A DNA stretch of 64,000 nt from positions 1,496,203 to 1,560,202 of the forward strand of contig JBJBEO010000001.1 of assembly GCA_047284725.1 (NCBI GenBank), in the 5' to 3' direction. The notes beneath the pieces were generated by a model, which was given only the letters and a program-made list of their open reading frames with translations, was not told the DNA's origin and did no database searches. This document shows, one piece after another, positions 1 through 10,406 of the stretch (within the stretch, counting starts at the first letter, position 1; each line of letters starts with the position of its first letter). The position numbers and the translations under genes were made by a program. Source of the stretch: Synechococcus sp. (GTDB lineage Bacteria; Cyanobacteriota; Cyanobacteriia; PCC-6307; Cyanobiaceae).

Positions 1-177
1 GAGGCCATGCTGCTTGGTTTGTCGATGCAGTGGATCCCCACATCAGTGCAGGCAGGCTTCCTGCCGATGGTTCCTGCAGTGGGCGTTGCCGTCATCATCC
101 TTGCCATTGATTGGATTCTTCACGCCAGGAACAACAAACGGTTACCGACCGCACCGACGATCAACGAAGCGAATTAA
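1..177 (+). CDS. 3' end of a membrane protein (partial)
   Basis: Frame 1 is open from the window edge to TAA at 175-177 and reads EAMLLGLSMQW...VPAVGVAVIILAIDWIL, which is hydrophobic. Confidence 0.5.
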   Translation, partial: EAMLLGLSMQWIPTSVQAGFLPMVPAVGVAVIILAIDWILHARNNKRLPTAPTINEAN

Positions 178-341
178 ACACATCCATCAAGCCCATTGCA
201 TGGAGAAGGCGACGACACCTGACTCGTGGAGATGACGCATCCCGACCAGATACCTCCGTTGTGATCAGGTCTGCCCTCTTGATCCTTCCCGCAAGAAAAG
301 CCTCGCTCACGGCTTGTGTTGATCGTCCTTAAAGTCCAGTC

Positions 342-887
342 ATGCAAACCACTCCAGCAGTCCGGGATGAATTAATCGCACTGCTGCGACAGTCGCCTGG
401 TGATCCACGCATTCCCTCGCTGGTGGACGAGCTTGAAAACCAGCAACCGGCAGACCTCAACCAGCAGTGTGATCAACTCGAAGGTGCCTGGGAACTGCGT
501 TGGAGCAGTGCGAACCAACCCTGGCTGAAGCAATCACCCTGGCTTCAGAATCTCCAGGTTCTGGACCCCTGCCAGCAACGCGGCTGCAACCTACTCAGAC
601 TACGAGGACCACTGCAGCATGTCGGCGCCATCCGTGTTGACGCATCCCTGAACCTGATCGATCACAACAGGGTGCAGATCCAATTCAGGCGAGGGGGGTG
701 GATGGGACCACGCCTGTCTGATCTGAAACGCTTGGAGCTGATGCGCGACGTCGATCAACGTTTTCCTGCCTGGCTTGACATCACTGTGCTGGATCATGAA
801 TTAAGAATCTGCAAAGGCAACGCAGGAACGGTTTTTGCTCTGCTTCGCCTTCAACAATCCAATCCAATCAGCACCTACTTCGAGTAG
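342..887 (+). CDS. PAP/fibrillin family protein
   Basis: LEGAWELRWSS, NLQVLD and WLDITVLDHELRICKGNAGTVFAL are fibrillin-like motifs. Confidence 0.85.
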   Translation: MQTTPAVRDELIALLRQSPGDPRIPSLVDELENQQPADLNQQCDQLEGAWELRWSSANQPWLKQSPWLQNLQVLDPCQQRGCNLLRLRGPLQHVGAIRVDASLNLIDHNRVQIQFRRGGWMGPRLSDLKRLELMRDVDQRFPAWLDITVLDHELRICKGNAGTVFALLRLQQSNPISTYFE

Positions 888-916
888 GAATCAAACCAAG
901 CATCAGGAAGGTTGAT

Positions 917-3865
917 TCATCCCTGAAGATAGCGCTCCTGATAAAGGGCCGGAGTCAATGGCTTATCGAAGAGATATCCCTGATACATCAAACATCCCAG
1001 GCGCAGCAGATGGTCTCGCTGCTCTACAGTTTCAACACCCTCAGCGACAAGATCAAGCCCCAAGCCCTGAGCAAGCCTGCAGGCACTGGATACGATCACC
1101 TGATCACGTTCGTTGTCAGGCAGGCCATCGACAAAGATTTTATCAAGCTTGATCGCATTCACCGGAGCACGCGCAATATGATTCAGCGCTGCAAATCCAG
1201 TTCCAAAGTCATCAATGGCAAGCCGAAAACCAAAGCTGGAAAGATCTTCAAGCATCCTTAATGGCTCACCGAAATCCGAAAAGGCAGCAGTCTCAGTAAT
1301 CTCAAGCTCAATCCACGTGGGATCAATCCCAAAGGTTCTCACGGCTTTCTTAAGGATTTCCACCACCGACGCTCCGCTCGGTGATTGCTCAAATTGCGTG
1401 GCTGAAACATTAATGGCTAAGGAGCCAGGTCGATAGCCTGCTTGGATCCATTCCTGATATTGACGGAAGACTGCGTGGATGACCCACGCACCAATTTCAT
1501 GGATTTGACCCGATGATTCAGCCAAAGGGATGAAGCGATCAGGGGAAATGAACTGACCCTTGGGGCCTGTCAAACGAAGGAGAGCTTCAGCGCCAAGACA
1601 GCTCCCATCACGATCGACCTTGGGTTGATACATCAAAGAGAACGCCTGGTCTGGATCGCGAAGGGCAAAATACAATGCTTGCTCAAGGTCTTGAAGCGAC
1701 TGAAGATTTCGACGTAATACCTCATCGTAAAGAATACATCCAGATCGCCCGGAATCAGATGCTTTCACAAGCGCTGTATTGAGCTGCTCTAGCCAGGAAT
1801 TGGGTGCAGGAACATGCCGCGAATCAACCAGGACAATTCCAGCCGATGCCGTGACATACAGTGAAAAATCTTGCTTCATATACAAGGACAAATCCAACTC
1901 TTTCAGCAGCTTTTTGAGCTCTTCGAACCAATCGACAGCCTGAGATTGGTGCAGGCAAACAACAAAGCTATCGCTGGCGAGGCGAGCTCTCCAGCCATCG
2001 AGCAGTGGCTGATCGTTCAACCATTGGCAAAACGCTAACAGCACCTGATCACCAACCTGATGGCCATACAACTCATTGATTTTCTGAAAGCCGTCAAGGT
2101 CAAATGCCACCAGGACCAGATTCTTCCAGTTTTCATCCCGGACCTGCTGGCTGAGCCATTCATAGGCAGAAAGACGGTTTGGCAGATGCGTCAGTTCATC
2201 CACATAAGCGAGATCACTCAGACGCGCCTGAAAGTTCTTCACTTCACTGACATCGCGGACACGCGCAATAAAGACATCTTCTGACTCAACTTGCAAAGGT
2301 CGCAGATTGACCTCCGCCCACCACAATTCACCTGTTTGAGGACGTTGATGAAGGAATTCAAATTCCAAGCCATCGTTCTCAACACTTCTTTGCAACATCT
2401 CACCAGCCAACTCCAGTGATGGCCTCCCCCCAGGCTGAAACTCCGGTGCAAAATCCGTTGGCTGATGACCAATCATCTCCTCAGGGGAAGTCACACCAAA
2501 GATATGACTCGAAGCTTGATTGGCTTCTAAAAAGTAACCATTTTGATCCAGCAATAAGACTGCATCGGCACTTTGTTCAAACACAGCCTGGTATTTAACA
2601 GAAATAACACGCTCTCTATTCTCCACTATCTTCAAAGCAGTGAGATCAGAAATTCGCATTGAAATGCGCTGCTCACTGCCAAGTTGAATCGAACGAAGCA
2701 CAACTTCGCCACGCCACTCACTGCCATCATCCAATCGAAGAAAGCTCCATTCGAATGTGCAGGTCTTTTCCCGATTCAGGCCGGCAATGATCGCCTGGAT
2801 CCGCTCCAGCGAGGAGCTCCCATCACTCTGCGTCAATGGAGAAAAAAGACAAAGAGATTCTCCAATGAGACCCGCCGATGAGTCGACACCAAACAAAGAA
2901 GTGGCTGCAGAATTAGCCAACTCAATGCGCAAACCATCCAACACCAGCAGAGCATCTGAAGACTGCTCGAATAGCAAACGATATCTAGAACTATTGATTC
3001 CCTGCCCCCAAAAGGAACGTTGCACATTCCTGGTGACACACCCAGCAGCAAGACCAGCAACAAGAAAACCAGCCAAATACCAAGGCCAAGATTGAACCCA
3101 TGGCCTTTGCCAGGACGTAGCCAGAATCAGGCGGCCATCTAAAAGTTTGACATCGTAAACGACTGAATTGCGATGCAAAGAACTCAGAGTTTGACGCTCG
3201 GAGGCGAGCGGGTTCAAAGCCTGTGAGGGAGCGCCAAACAGCTCATAATCAAAATCAAGACCCGACAACTGACTATCAACAGTCCTAAGACTGACCCAGT
3301 CAACAAGAATTCCAACAAATCCCCAAAAACCGCCCGTCACCTCATCAAAGACAGGAGCCCTGAGAACCAAGCCTTCTCCACCCTGACTGAGCTCAAACGG
3401 ACCCCTGAAAACAGCTTCATTCTTTTCAATCGAATAGGCCGAAAGACCACTTTCATCAACCTTTTCAAGTAAGTTAATGCCGATCTGCGGACCAGACGAT
3501 TGAGGGTACTGATCAGAAAGAATACCCGCCGGCGAAAGCTGCAAAGCTACGAATTTATCATTCGATTTAAGAAAGAATTGTCCAAATTGCTGTAAATCAA
3601 ATCGCTCTCTCTGCTCAGCAGACGAATGCTGACTGACAACGAAACTGACGACATCCTTTGCTTCAGAGAGGGTATCTCTCAACAGAGCAATTCGTGTTCT
3701 TGATGCCTCTTGCGCACGCTTCAACGCTTCATAATGATCCCCAATAGCTTGATTCAGCAGTATGAGCAGGCCAAAAGACGTGCCCAAGACGATAGGGAGC
3801 GTCCAAGAACCTACAGAGTGTCTGACCTTTTGCGTTGATGATCTTCGCCTTGAATCAGACGTCAT
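917..3865 (-). CDS. Membrane CHASE-PAS-PAS-GGDEF(degenerate)-EAL protein, probable c-di-GMP phosphodiesterase
   Basis: Two TM segments flank a CHASE domain (GPFELSQGGEGLVLRAPVF...FWGFV), followed by two PAS repeats. The GGDEF-like domain has DELTHLPNR and DLDGFQKIN, but ASDSF replaces GGDEF. The EAL domain has EAL, DDFGTG, AEGVE and QGYL. Confidence 0.9.
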   Translation of the reverse strand: MTSDSRRRSSTQKVRHSVGSWTLPIVLGTSFGLLILLNQAIGDHYEALKRAQEASRTRIALLRDTLSEAKDVVSFVVSQHSSAEQRERFDLQQFGQFFLKSNDKFVALQLSPAGILSDQYPQSSGPQIGINLLEKVDESGLSAYSIEKNEAVFRGPFELSQGGEGLVLRAPVFDEVTGGFWGFVGILVDWVSLRTVDSQLSGLDFDYELFGAPSQALNPLASERQTLSSLHRNSVVYDVKLLDGRLILATSWQRPWVQSWPWYLAGFLVAGLAAGCVTRNVQRSFWGQGINSSRYRLLFEQSSDALLVLDGLRIELANSAATSLFGVDSSAGLIGESLCLFSPLTQSDGSSSLERIQAIIAGLNREKTCTFEWSFLRLDDGSEWRGEVVLRSIQLGSEQRISMRISDLTALKIVENRERVISVKYQAVFEQSADAVLLLDQNGYFLEANQASSHIFGVTSPEEMIGHQPTDFAPEFQPGGRPSLELAGEMLQRSVENDGLEFEFLHQRPQTGELWWAEVNLRPLQVESEDVFIARVRDVSEVKNFQARLSDLAYVDELTHLPNRLSAYEWLSQQVRDENWKNLVLVAFDLDGFQKINELYGHQVGDQVLLAFCQWLNDQPLLDGWRARLASDSFVVCLHQSQAVDWFEELKKLLKELDLSLYMKQDFSLYVTASAGIVLVDSRHVPAPNSWLEQLNTALVKASDSGRSGCILYDEVLRRNLQSLQDLEQALYFALRDPDQAFSLMYQPKVDRDGSCLGAEALLRLTGPKGQFISPDRFIPLAESSGQIHEIGAWVIHAVFRQYQEWIQAGYRPGSLAINVSATQFEQSPSGASVVEILKKAVRTFGIDPTWIELEITETAAFSDFGEPLRMLEDLSSFGFRLAIDDFGTGFAALNHIARAPVNAIKLDKIFVDGLPDNERDQVIVSSACRLAQGLGLDLVAEGVETVEQRDHLLRLGCLMYQGYLFDKPLTPALYQERYLQG

Positions 3866-4282
3866 CGCCTATGCCCATCCATCAAAGCCAAGGTCAGTCA
3901 CAGGCACCATGCACCCCTGAGACGTCACCGCAGGCACAGCGTTCAGGTAAGTCTCCATGGCTTCAGGGCAACGCGACAACACTCCTCTTAAAGGTCAGAG
4001 AAGAAATCCACTACCCCCTATTTTCAATGCTCGACAGGCAATGGCAACGCGTCGCAATCAAACACCAGAAAAATCTCATTCAATTCTCATGGCTGATCCA
4101 GGAGGCTCAGCAGAGCCAGAGAAAAGATGAGGCAAAGAAACTCCCCGATCCAAGCCTGGAGAAAACCCTGTCTAGCTGAAGGCTCCATCATCACAGCCAT
4201 GGCTTTGACGTGGGACTGACCATCAACCCTTGGCTCAGGTGCTGCGTGAAGGTTGGCCATGGACGCCTTGAGGACACCATGC

Positions 4283-6676
4283 ATGATCAGCCCCAAACTC
4301 CACCCGCTTGTTCTGCCCCTTCGAGAGTGCAGCCTCGAGGACTTACCGAGGATCGGTGGTAAAAACGCCTCCCTTGGCGAAATGCTCCACGCACTCACAG
4401 ACCGGGGCATCCGAGTACCCGACGGCTTCGCCACCACGAGCCACGCTTATCAGCGCTTGATCGCATCAACTGACGTGAAGGCGAAACTGCGGTCAATCCT
4501 CACGGATCTCAATATCAATGCCATTGCCGAGCTTCAAAGCGCCGGCAGGCAGGCGCGCGATCTCATCCTGTCCACCGCCTTACCCAGCGATCTGCGGGAC
4601 GCCATTCTCAACGCTTACCACCAGCTTGGGGCACCTGTCGTCGCCGTGCGGTCGAGTGCAACGGCAGAAGATCTTCCCAATGCCTCATTTGCCGGTCAAC
4701 AGGAGACCTATCTCAATGTGCAAGGTGAGGAAGCGCTGCTTGACGCCTGTCAACGCTGCTTCGCCTCTCTCTTCACAGACCGGGCAATCTCCTACAGGCA
4801 GCTCAACGGCTTCGACCATTTTGATGTAGCACTCTCGATCGGTATTCAGCGCATGGTTCGCTCCGATCTGGCCTGCTCAGGGGTGATGTTCAGCATCGAC
4901 ACCGAATCGGGATTTCGCGATGCCGTTCTGCTCACCGCTGCCTATGGCCTCGGAGAGAACGTGGTGAAAGGTGCGGTCAACCCCGACGAATATCTGATTT
5001 TTAAACCAACACTGAAACAAGGCTTTTCGCCGATCGTGACGCGGCGCCTGGGCGACAAAGCCATCCGCATGGTGTACTCCACCCATGGGTCCACCAGCAA
5101 TGAAGCGGTGCCCGAAGACGAGCGACATCGCTTTGCTCTGACCGACGCTGAAGCGTTGCAACTGGCCCGCTGGGCCTGCGTGATCGAAGAGCACTACAGC
5201 AACAGACACGGACGTCCCACCCCGATGGACATTGAGTGGGCCAAAGACGGCAACACCGGGGAGCTGTTCATCCTCCAGGCAAGACCAGAAACGGTGGAGT
5301 CACGGCGCAGCAGCACCGTCCTGCGCTCCTGGCACCTGGTACCGCATCAGGTGCCACCGCTCTGCCATGGCCGGGCCATCGGCGCGTCCGTCAGTGCAGG
5401 TCCTGCAAGGATCCTCCATCACCCCTCAGAGATCCAGCGGTTCCAGCAGGGTGACCTCCTGGTCACCGATCGCACCGATCCCGACTGGGAACCGATTCTC
5501 AAACGCGCCAGCGGTGTGGTGACCAACCAAGGCGGTCGCACCTGCCACGCAGCGATCATTGCCAGGGAGATGGGCATCACCGCCATTGTCGGTGCAGGCC
5601 ATGCCACTGAGGTGATCCAAGACGGCGACACCATCACCGTCAGCTGTTGCGAAGGGGATGAGGGCAGGGTGTACCCAGGTGCGCTGCCCTTCTCGCTGGA
5701 GGAACGGGATGTGGGACAACTACCGCCCACTCAAACCAGGATTCTGATGAATGTGGGCAATCCCGAGGAAGCCTTCAACCTCGCCACCATTCCCTGCGAT
5801 GGCCTTGGACTGGCCCGGCTGGAATTCATCATCGCCAACCACATTCGCGTTCATCCACTGGCGCTGCTGCATCCCGAACGCGTGTCGGACCCCACGGAAC
5901 GAGAGGTCATCGCTCAACTCACCAGGGGCTATGCCCATCCGGGTGATTACTACGTGGATCGTCTCGCGCAGGGGATGGGACGACTCGCCGCTGCCTTCTA
6001 CCCCAAACCAGTGATCCTGCGCTTTTCCGATTTCAAGAGCAACGAATACGCCAGGTTGCTGGGCGGCAGCGACTTTGAGCCGTCTGAAGAGAACCCAATG
6101 ATCGGCTGGCGCGGTGCTTCGCGCTACTACGCACCAGGATTTCGCGAGGCCTTCGCCCTGGAATGCCAAGCGCTCAAGAAGGTGCGCGAGGTGATGGGTC
6201 TCAACAATGTGATTCCGATGGTGCCGTTCTGCCGCACCCCGGAAGAAGGCGACCGGGTGTTGGCTGAAATGGCAGGCCAGGGACTGGTGCGGGGTGAGAA
6301 CGGACTGGAGGTGTATGTGATGTGCGAGCTGCCCAGCAACGTGATGGCCGCTGAGGCGTTCTCCCAGCGTTTCGATGGGTTTTCAATCGGGACCAACGAT
6401 CTCACCCAGCTCACCTTGGGCCTTGATCGCGACTCAGCCCTCGTGGCCGAGTTGTTTGACGAGCGTCATCCGGCGGTGCTTGAGATGCTGCGGTTGGCCA
6501 TACGCACTGTTAAACGCTGTGGAAGCAAGATCGGGATCTGTGGCCAAGCCCCGAGCGATTACCCGGACTTCGCAGCCTTCCTCCTCGACGAGGGGATTGA
6601 TTCCATCAGCCTCAATCCCGACGCTGTGATCACGACACGACTCAAGGTTGCGGAGCTTGAAACGCAAAGAGACTGA
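4283..6676 (+). CDS. ppsA: Phosphoenolpyruvate synthase
   Basis: GGKNASLGEM, VAVRSSATAED, GGRTCHAAIIARE (phospho-His), DGFSIGTNDLTQL and ICGQAPSD. Start placed at ATG 4283. Confidence 0.95.
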   Translation: MISPKLHPLVLPLRECSLEDLPRIGGKNASLGEMLHALTDRGIRVPDGFATTSHAYQRLIASTDVKAKLRSILTDLNINAIAELQSAGRQARDLILSTALPSDLRDAILNAYHQLGAPVVAVRSSATAEDLPNASFAGQQETYLNVQGEEALLDACQRCFASLFTDRAISYRQLNGFDHFDVALSIGIQRMVRSDLACSGVMFSIDTESGFRDAVLLTAAYGLGENVVKGAVNPDEYLIFKPTLKQGFSPIVTRRLGDKAIRMVYSTHGSTSNEAVPEDERHRFALTDAEALQLARWACVIEEHYSNRHGRPTPMDIEWAKDGNTGELFILQARPETVESRRSSTVLRSWHLVPHQVPPLCHGRAIGASVSAGPARILHHPSEIQRFQQGDLLVTDRTDPDWEPILKRASGVVTNQGGRTCHAAIIAREMGITAIVGAGHATEVIQDGDTITVSCCEGDEGRVYPGALPFSLEERDVGQLPPTQTRILMNVGNPEEAFNLATIPCDGLGLARLEFIIANHIRVHPLALLHPERVSDPTEREVIAQLTRGYAHPGDYYVDRLAQGMGRLAAAFYPKPVILRFSDFKSNEYARLLGGSDFEPSEENPMIGWRGASRYYAPGFREAFALECQALKKVREVMGLNNVIPMVPFCRTPEEGDRVLAEMAGQGLVRGENGLEVYVMCELPSNVMAAEAFSQRFDGFSIGTNDLTQLTLGLDRDSALVAELFDERHPAVLEMLRLAIRTVKRCGSKIGICGQAPSDYPDFAAFLLDEGIDSISLNPDAVITTRLKVAELETQRD

Positions 6677-6705
6677 TCCTGCGCCGCGCCGAAGCACTGA
6701 GCCCT

Positions 6706-7521
6706 CTACTGAGGGCGACCCATCGCCGTGCTTTCCGTTCTGGAGTGCCCAAGACCATGCTGCAGCGCTGACACCACGCGGCGGGCAATGGAGACAAGGG
6801 TGGATTGGCGCTTCGCCGGATCACGCAAACCAGCCTCGAGAGCACCCTCCAGCTGACCGATCTCCAGCATCGAGATGCCCCGGCGCGGGGCTCCAAGCAT
6901 TCCGCGGTAGTGGTACGGATACGCGCCAAATTCCTCGGCGAGCGCTTCATCAATCACCGAAAAGCCATAGGCAACGGCGGGAATCACGCCAGGACCGATG
7001 CCATGGGGTGAATAGGCGTCGTAGTGAATTTCAAGGGCATAGCCCCCTAAAGAGGCATGGTCACTGCCCACACTCCAATTGGTGCGGGAATCGTTCTCGT
7101 TGCGAATGGTGCGCACCCCAGGGTCATAGAAGCGGATGTTGAGCCCCTGTTTCTGGCCCTCCTTCACAACGGCCTGAGCCGTCAGCAGATTCCAGTAGAG
7201 CTCATCGGTGATTCCGGCCTGCATCGGCGAGGCTCCACCCAGATCCACGGCCCTGCCTGGAGTTCCCGAGCCGTGCATGCGCTGGGAATCAGCATGACCC
7301 GCCATCACCAGAATGGGCAGGGTGTCTTTCGGACGCGTGGTCCCGACCCAGTTTTTCCGATGCGTCAGCAGAGGGGGCATCGGCGGCAGATTGGGCTCCA
7401 GGCGCTGCGGTTGCCGCTGCTGCTGCTGCTCCTTCATGCCCTTGAGGATGTCCATGAGATCAGCTCTGGCTGGTGCACCGGCCAGGGCGATCAGAGCCGA
7501 AACCACAACAATGGGACGCAT
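6706..7521 (-). CDS. Secreted N-acetylmuramoyl-L-alanine amidase-like protein
   Basis: Signal peptide MRPIVVVSALIALAGAPARA. ILVMAGH, DE, LEIHYD and MLEIG resemble amidase_3 Zn/catalytic motifs. Confidence 0.6.
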   Translation of the reverse strand: MRPIVVVSALIALAGAPARADLMDILKGMKEQQQQRQPQRLEPNLPPMPPLLTHRKNWVGTTRPKDTLPILVMAGHADSQRMHGSGTPGRAVDLGGASPMQAGITDELYWNLLTAQAVVKEGQKQGLNIRFYDPGVRTIRNENDSRTNWSVGSDHASLGGYALEIHYDAYSPHGIGPGVIPAVAYGFSVIDEALAEEFGAYPYHYRGMLGAPRRGISMLEIGQLEGALEAGLRDPAKRQSTLVSIARRVVSALQHGLGHSRTESTAMGRPQ

Positions 7522-7687
7522 AGGAATAAGAACAAGGCACCCATCGTGCCTTGCCTTGCCCTGTACCGCAGAACGCACCCATCCATCCAACGATCGGATT
7601 GCACCCTCTCGCTCAGGTCGGCCATCACTCGCCCACGGCCAGCTTTCGAAAGCATGACTAGCTTTCGAGAGAAGGCGAAGTGAAGGC

Positions 7688-8125
7688 ATGCCGCGCTGCT
7701 TTCAAGAGCTGGAACCAGTGCTCGAACGCCAGGGTTATCAGGCCGATGGCCTGCTGGAGGTGCTGGCCGAAGCACAACGTCTCTATGGCTGCCTGAGTGA
7801 AGACCTGCTGCGTCATGTGGCGCAGGTCCTGCACTTGCCTCTGAGCCGCGTGCACGGGACGGCAAGCTTCTACCACCTGTTTCGCCTCCGACCGCCGGCC
7901 CCCCATGCCTGCCTGGTCTGCACCGGTACCGCCTGCCACGTGCGCGGGGCGGGACGGCTGCTGGAAGAGCTCAGGCAACAGATCGACCAGGAGGCGGTCG
8001 AGCTGGGATCCGTTCGCTGCGTGGGCACCTGCGGCGGAGCTCCCCTGGTGGTGGTGGATGGAGAGATCTGGAACCACCAGACCACAGCCTCAGTGCTGCA
8101 GAAAGTACGGAGGCTGACGTCATGA
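7688..8125 (+). CDS. hoxE: Bidirectional hydrogenase diaphorase subunit E
   Basis: ASFYHLF, CTGTACHV and RCVGTCG (2Fe-2S ligands). First gene of the operon. Confidence 0.9.
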   Translation: MPRCFQELEPVLERQGYQADGLLEVLAEAQRLYGCLSEDLLRHVAQVLHLPLSRVHGTASFYHLFRLRPPAPHACLVCTGTACHVRGAGRLLEELRQQIDQEAVELGSVRCVGTCGGAPLVVVDGEIWNHQTTASVLQKVRRLTS

Positions 8126-9693
8126 AGCCATCAGAGGCGATGGGCCTGCGTATCTGCACCTCCGCCAGTTGCAGCAGCCGCGGCGCTGACAATCTGCTGC
8201 GCCGATGCAAAGCAACAGCCCAAAGCCGAGATGCTCATTGGAAGGTGAAAGGGGTGGGCTGCTTCGGCCCCTGCAGTGACGGTCCCTTGCTTGCCGTGGA
8301 TGCCGAAGCATCGTCGCGGTTGTTCTCCCTCGATGGGGCTTCGACCGACAACCTGCACGATGACCTGAAGCAAGTCAGGACGGCTCAGGCACTGAACCAG
8401 TGGCAGCCCCATGGCAGCCGTCTGCTCCGTGATGACGATCCTTTCATGGCCTTGCAGCGGCGTTTGGTGCTGGACCACTGCAGCCGCATTGATCCCGACT
8501 GCATCGAAGAGGCAGAGCATGAAGGGGCCTATGAGCAACTGCAACGGGTTCTGAACGACACCACACCGGAGGCGGTGATCGAACAGGTGCGCGTGAGTGG
8601 CCTGCGGGGCCGAGGGGGTGCGGGATACCCCACAGGATTGAAATGGGCCACGGTGGCAGCCATGCCAGGTGCCGAGAAAGTGCTGGTCTGCAATGCCGAT
8701 GAGGGCGATCCCGGCGCCTTCATGGACCGAACCGTGATGGAAGGGCAACCCCACACTCTGATCGAGGGCATGGCCATTGCGGCCTTTGCCGTCGGCGCTC
8801 AGCGGGGCGTGATCTATGTGAGAGCGGAATACCCGCTGGCCATTGATCGTTTGCAACGGGCCATCGCCCAGGCCAGAGATCACGATTGGTTGGGGCCCTC
8901 CGTGGGACGCACGACGTTTGGATTTGATATCGAGCTGCGGGTTGGAGCCGGGGCCTATGTGTGCGGGGAGGAAACCGCCCTGATCCACTCGATCGAAGGA
9001 TGCCGCGGAGTCCCTCGCCCCAGACCGCCCTATCCCGCTGAGCGAGGGGTCCATGCCTTGCCGACCTTGATCAACAACGTCGAAACCTTCGCCAACATCC
9101 CTGTACTGCTGAAGCTGGGATTGGAGGCCTACGGCGCCGGCACCAAAGTGTTCTCCCTCACCGGCGATGTGCAGCGCAGCGGTGTGATCGAGGTGCCGAT
9201 GGGTACGCCGCTACGCACCATCGTCGAAACCATCGGCGGTGGTGCAAGGGATGGGCGTCAGATCAAAGCGGTGCAAACCGGAGGCCCCTCTGGGGGCTGC
9301 GTTCCCGCCAGTGCACTGGATACACCCGTGGATTACGAGAGCCTGCAAAGCCTCGGCACGATCATGGGCTCCGGGGGGATGGTGGTGATGGATGACTGCA
9401 CCAACATGGTGGAGATCGCCGCTTTCTTCATGGCGTTCTGCCGGGAGGAATCGTGCGGCAAGTGCATCCCCTGCCGCTCCGGCACCGTGCAGTTGGAGAT
9501 GCTGCTGCGCAAATTGCTTGAGGGTCGAGGATCTGCAGCAGATCTGCAACAGCTGGAAAGCCTCTGCCACATCGTCAAAGATGCCAGCCTGTGCGGCTTG
9601 GGGCAAAGCGCTCCCAAACCGGTGTTGAGCACGCTGAGGCACTTTCGCAACGACTACCTGCAGTTGCTGCAACCTGAAGAGGCGACGTCATGA
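8122..9693 (+). CDS. hoxF: Bidirectional hydrogenase diaphorase subunit F
   Basis: GLRGRGGAGYPTG, CNADEGDPG, GAGAYVCGEETAL and ESCGKCIPCR. ATGA overlap with hoxE. Confidence 0.95.
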   Translation: MKPSEAMGLRICTSASCSSRGADNLLRRCKATAQSRDAHWKVKGVGCFGPCSDGPLLAVDAEASSRLFSLDGASTDNLHDDLKQVRTAQALNQWQPHGSRLLRDDDPFMALQRRLVLDHCSRIDPDCIEEAEHEGAYEQLQRVLNDTTPEAVIEQVRVSGLRGRGGAGYPTGLKWATVAAMPGAEKVLVCNADEGDPGAFMDRTVMEGQPHTLIEGMAIAAFAVGAQRGVIYVRAEYPLAIDRLQRAIAQARDHDWLGPSVGRTTFGFDIELRVGAGAYVCGEETALIHSIEGCRGVPRPRPPYPAERGVHALPTLINNVETFANIPVLLKLGLEAYGAGTKVFSLTGDVQRSGVIEVPMGTPLRTIVETIGGGARDGRQIKAVQTGGPSGGCVPASALDTPVDYESLQSLGTIMGSGGMVVMDDCTNMVEIAAFFMAFCREESCGKCIPCRSGTVQLEMLLRKLLEGRGSAADLQQLESLCHIVKDASLCGLGQSAPKPVLSTLRHFRNDYLQLLQPEEATS

Positions 9694-10406
9694 GCGTCTG
9701 CACCCTGCGCATCGATGACCGTGATGTAGCGGCTCGCACAGGCACCACTCTGTTGGAGGCCATTCGCACGGCAGGAATCGCCATCCCCACCCTCTGCCAC
9801 CTTGATGGCCTGTCTGCCGTGGCAGCCTGCCGGCTCTGCCTCGTGGAACTGGAAGGCACCGACAAACTGTTGGCCGCCTGCGTCACCACGGTGCAGGAGG
9901 GAATGCGAGTCAGGACCCAGACACCAAAGCTTCAAGAGATCCGGCGAACGGTGGTGGAACTGCTGTTCACGGAGGGCAACCATGTGTGCGCGATCTGTGT
10001 CGCCAATGGCCACTGCGAACTCCAAGACCTTGCCGTGGAGGTGGGCATGGATCACAGCCGTTTGCCTTACCGCTTCCCGGAACGCAGCGTGGATCTCTCC
10101 CATCAGCGTTTCGGTCTCGACCACAACCGCTGCATCCTGTGCACCCGTTGCGTGCGGGTCTGCGACGAGGTGGAAGGGGCCCACGTCTGGGACGTGGGTT
10201 GGCGCGGTGAACACTGCCAGATCATCGCGGGACTCGCGGAGCCATGGGGGGCCGTCCAGGCCTGCACCGACTGCGGCAAGTGCGTGGAGGTGTGCCCCAC
10301 GGGCGCCCTCTTCCACAAGGGGGATTCGAGCGCGGAGAAGCAGGGCCATCCCGAACGTTTGCAGGCTTTGGTGGAAGCCCGCTCCCATCAGCAGTGGCTG
10401 CCATGA
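9690..10406 (+). CDS. hoxU: Bidirectional hydrogenase diaphorase subunit U
   Basis: IPTLCHL, ACRLC, GNHVCAIC, RCILCTRCVRVC and CTDCGKCVEVCPTGAL. Confidence 0.95.
   Translation: MSVCTLRIDDRDVAARTGTTLLEAIRTAGIAIPTLCHLDGLSAVAACRLCLVELEGTDKLLAACVTTVQEGMRVRTQTPKLQEIRRTVVELLFTEGNHVCAICVANGHCELQDLAVEVGMDHSRLPYRFPERSVDLSHQRFGLDHNRCILCTRCVRVCDEVEGAHVWDVGWRGEHCQIIAGLAEPWGAVQACTDCGKCVEVCPTGALFHKGDSSAEKQGHPERLQALVEARSHQQWLP

Noticed and set aside
4190..4230. FNR/Rex-like anaerobic box upstream of ppsA (TTGAC...ATCAA)
   Set aside because: The half-sites are 12 nt apart rather than 4.
7416..7431. (GCT)n microsatellite
   Set aside because: It encodes a short in-frame poly-Gln linker in the amidase-like gene.
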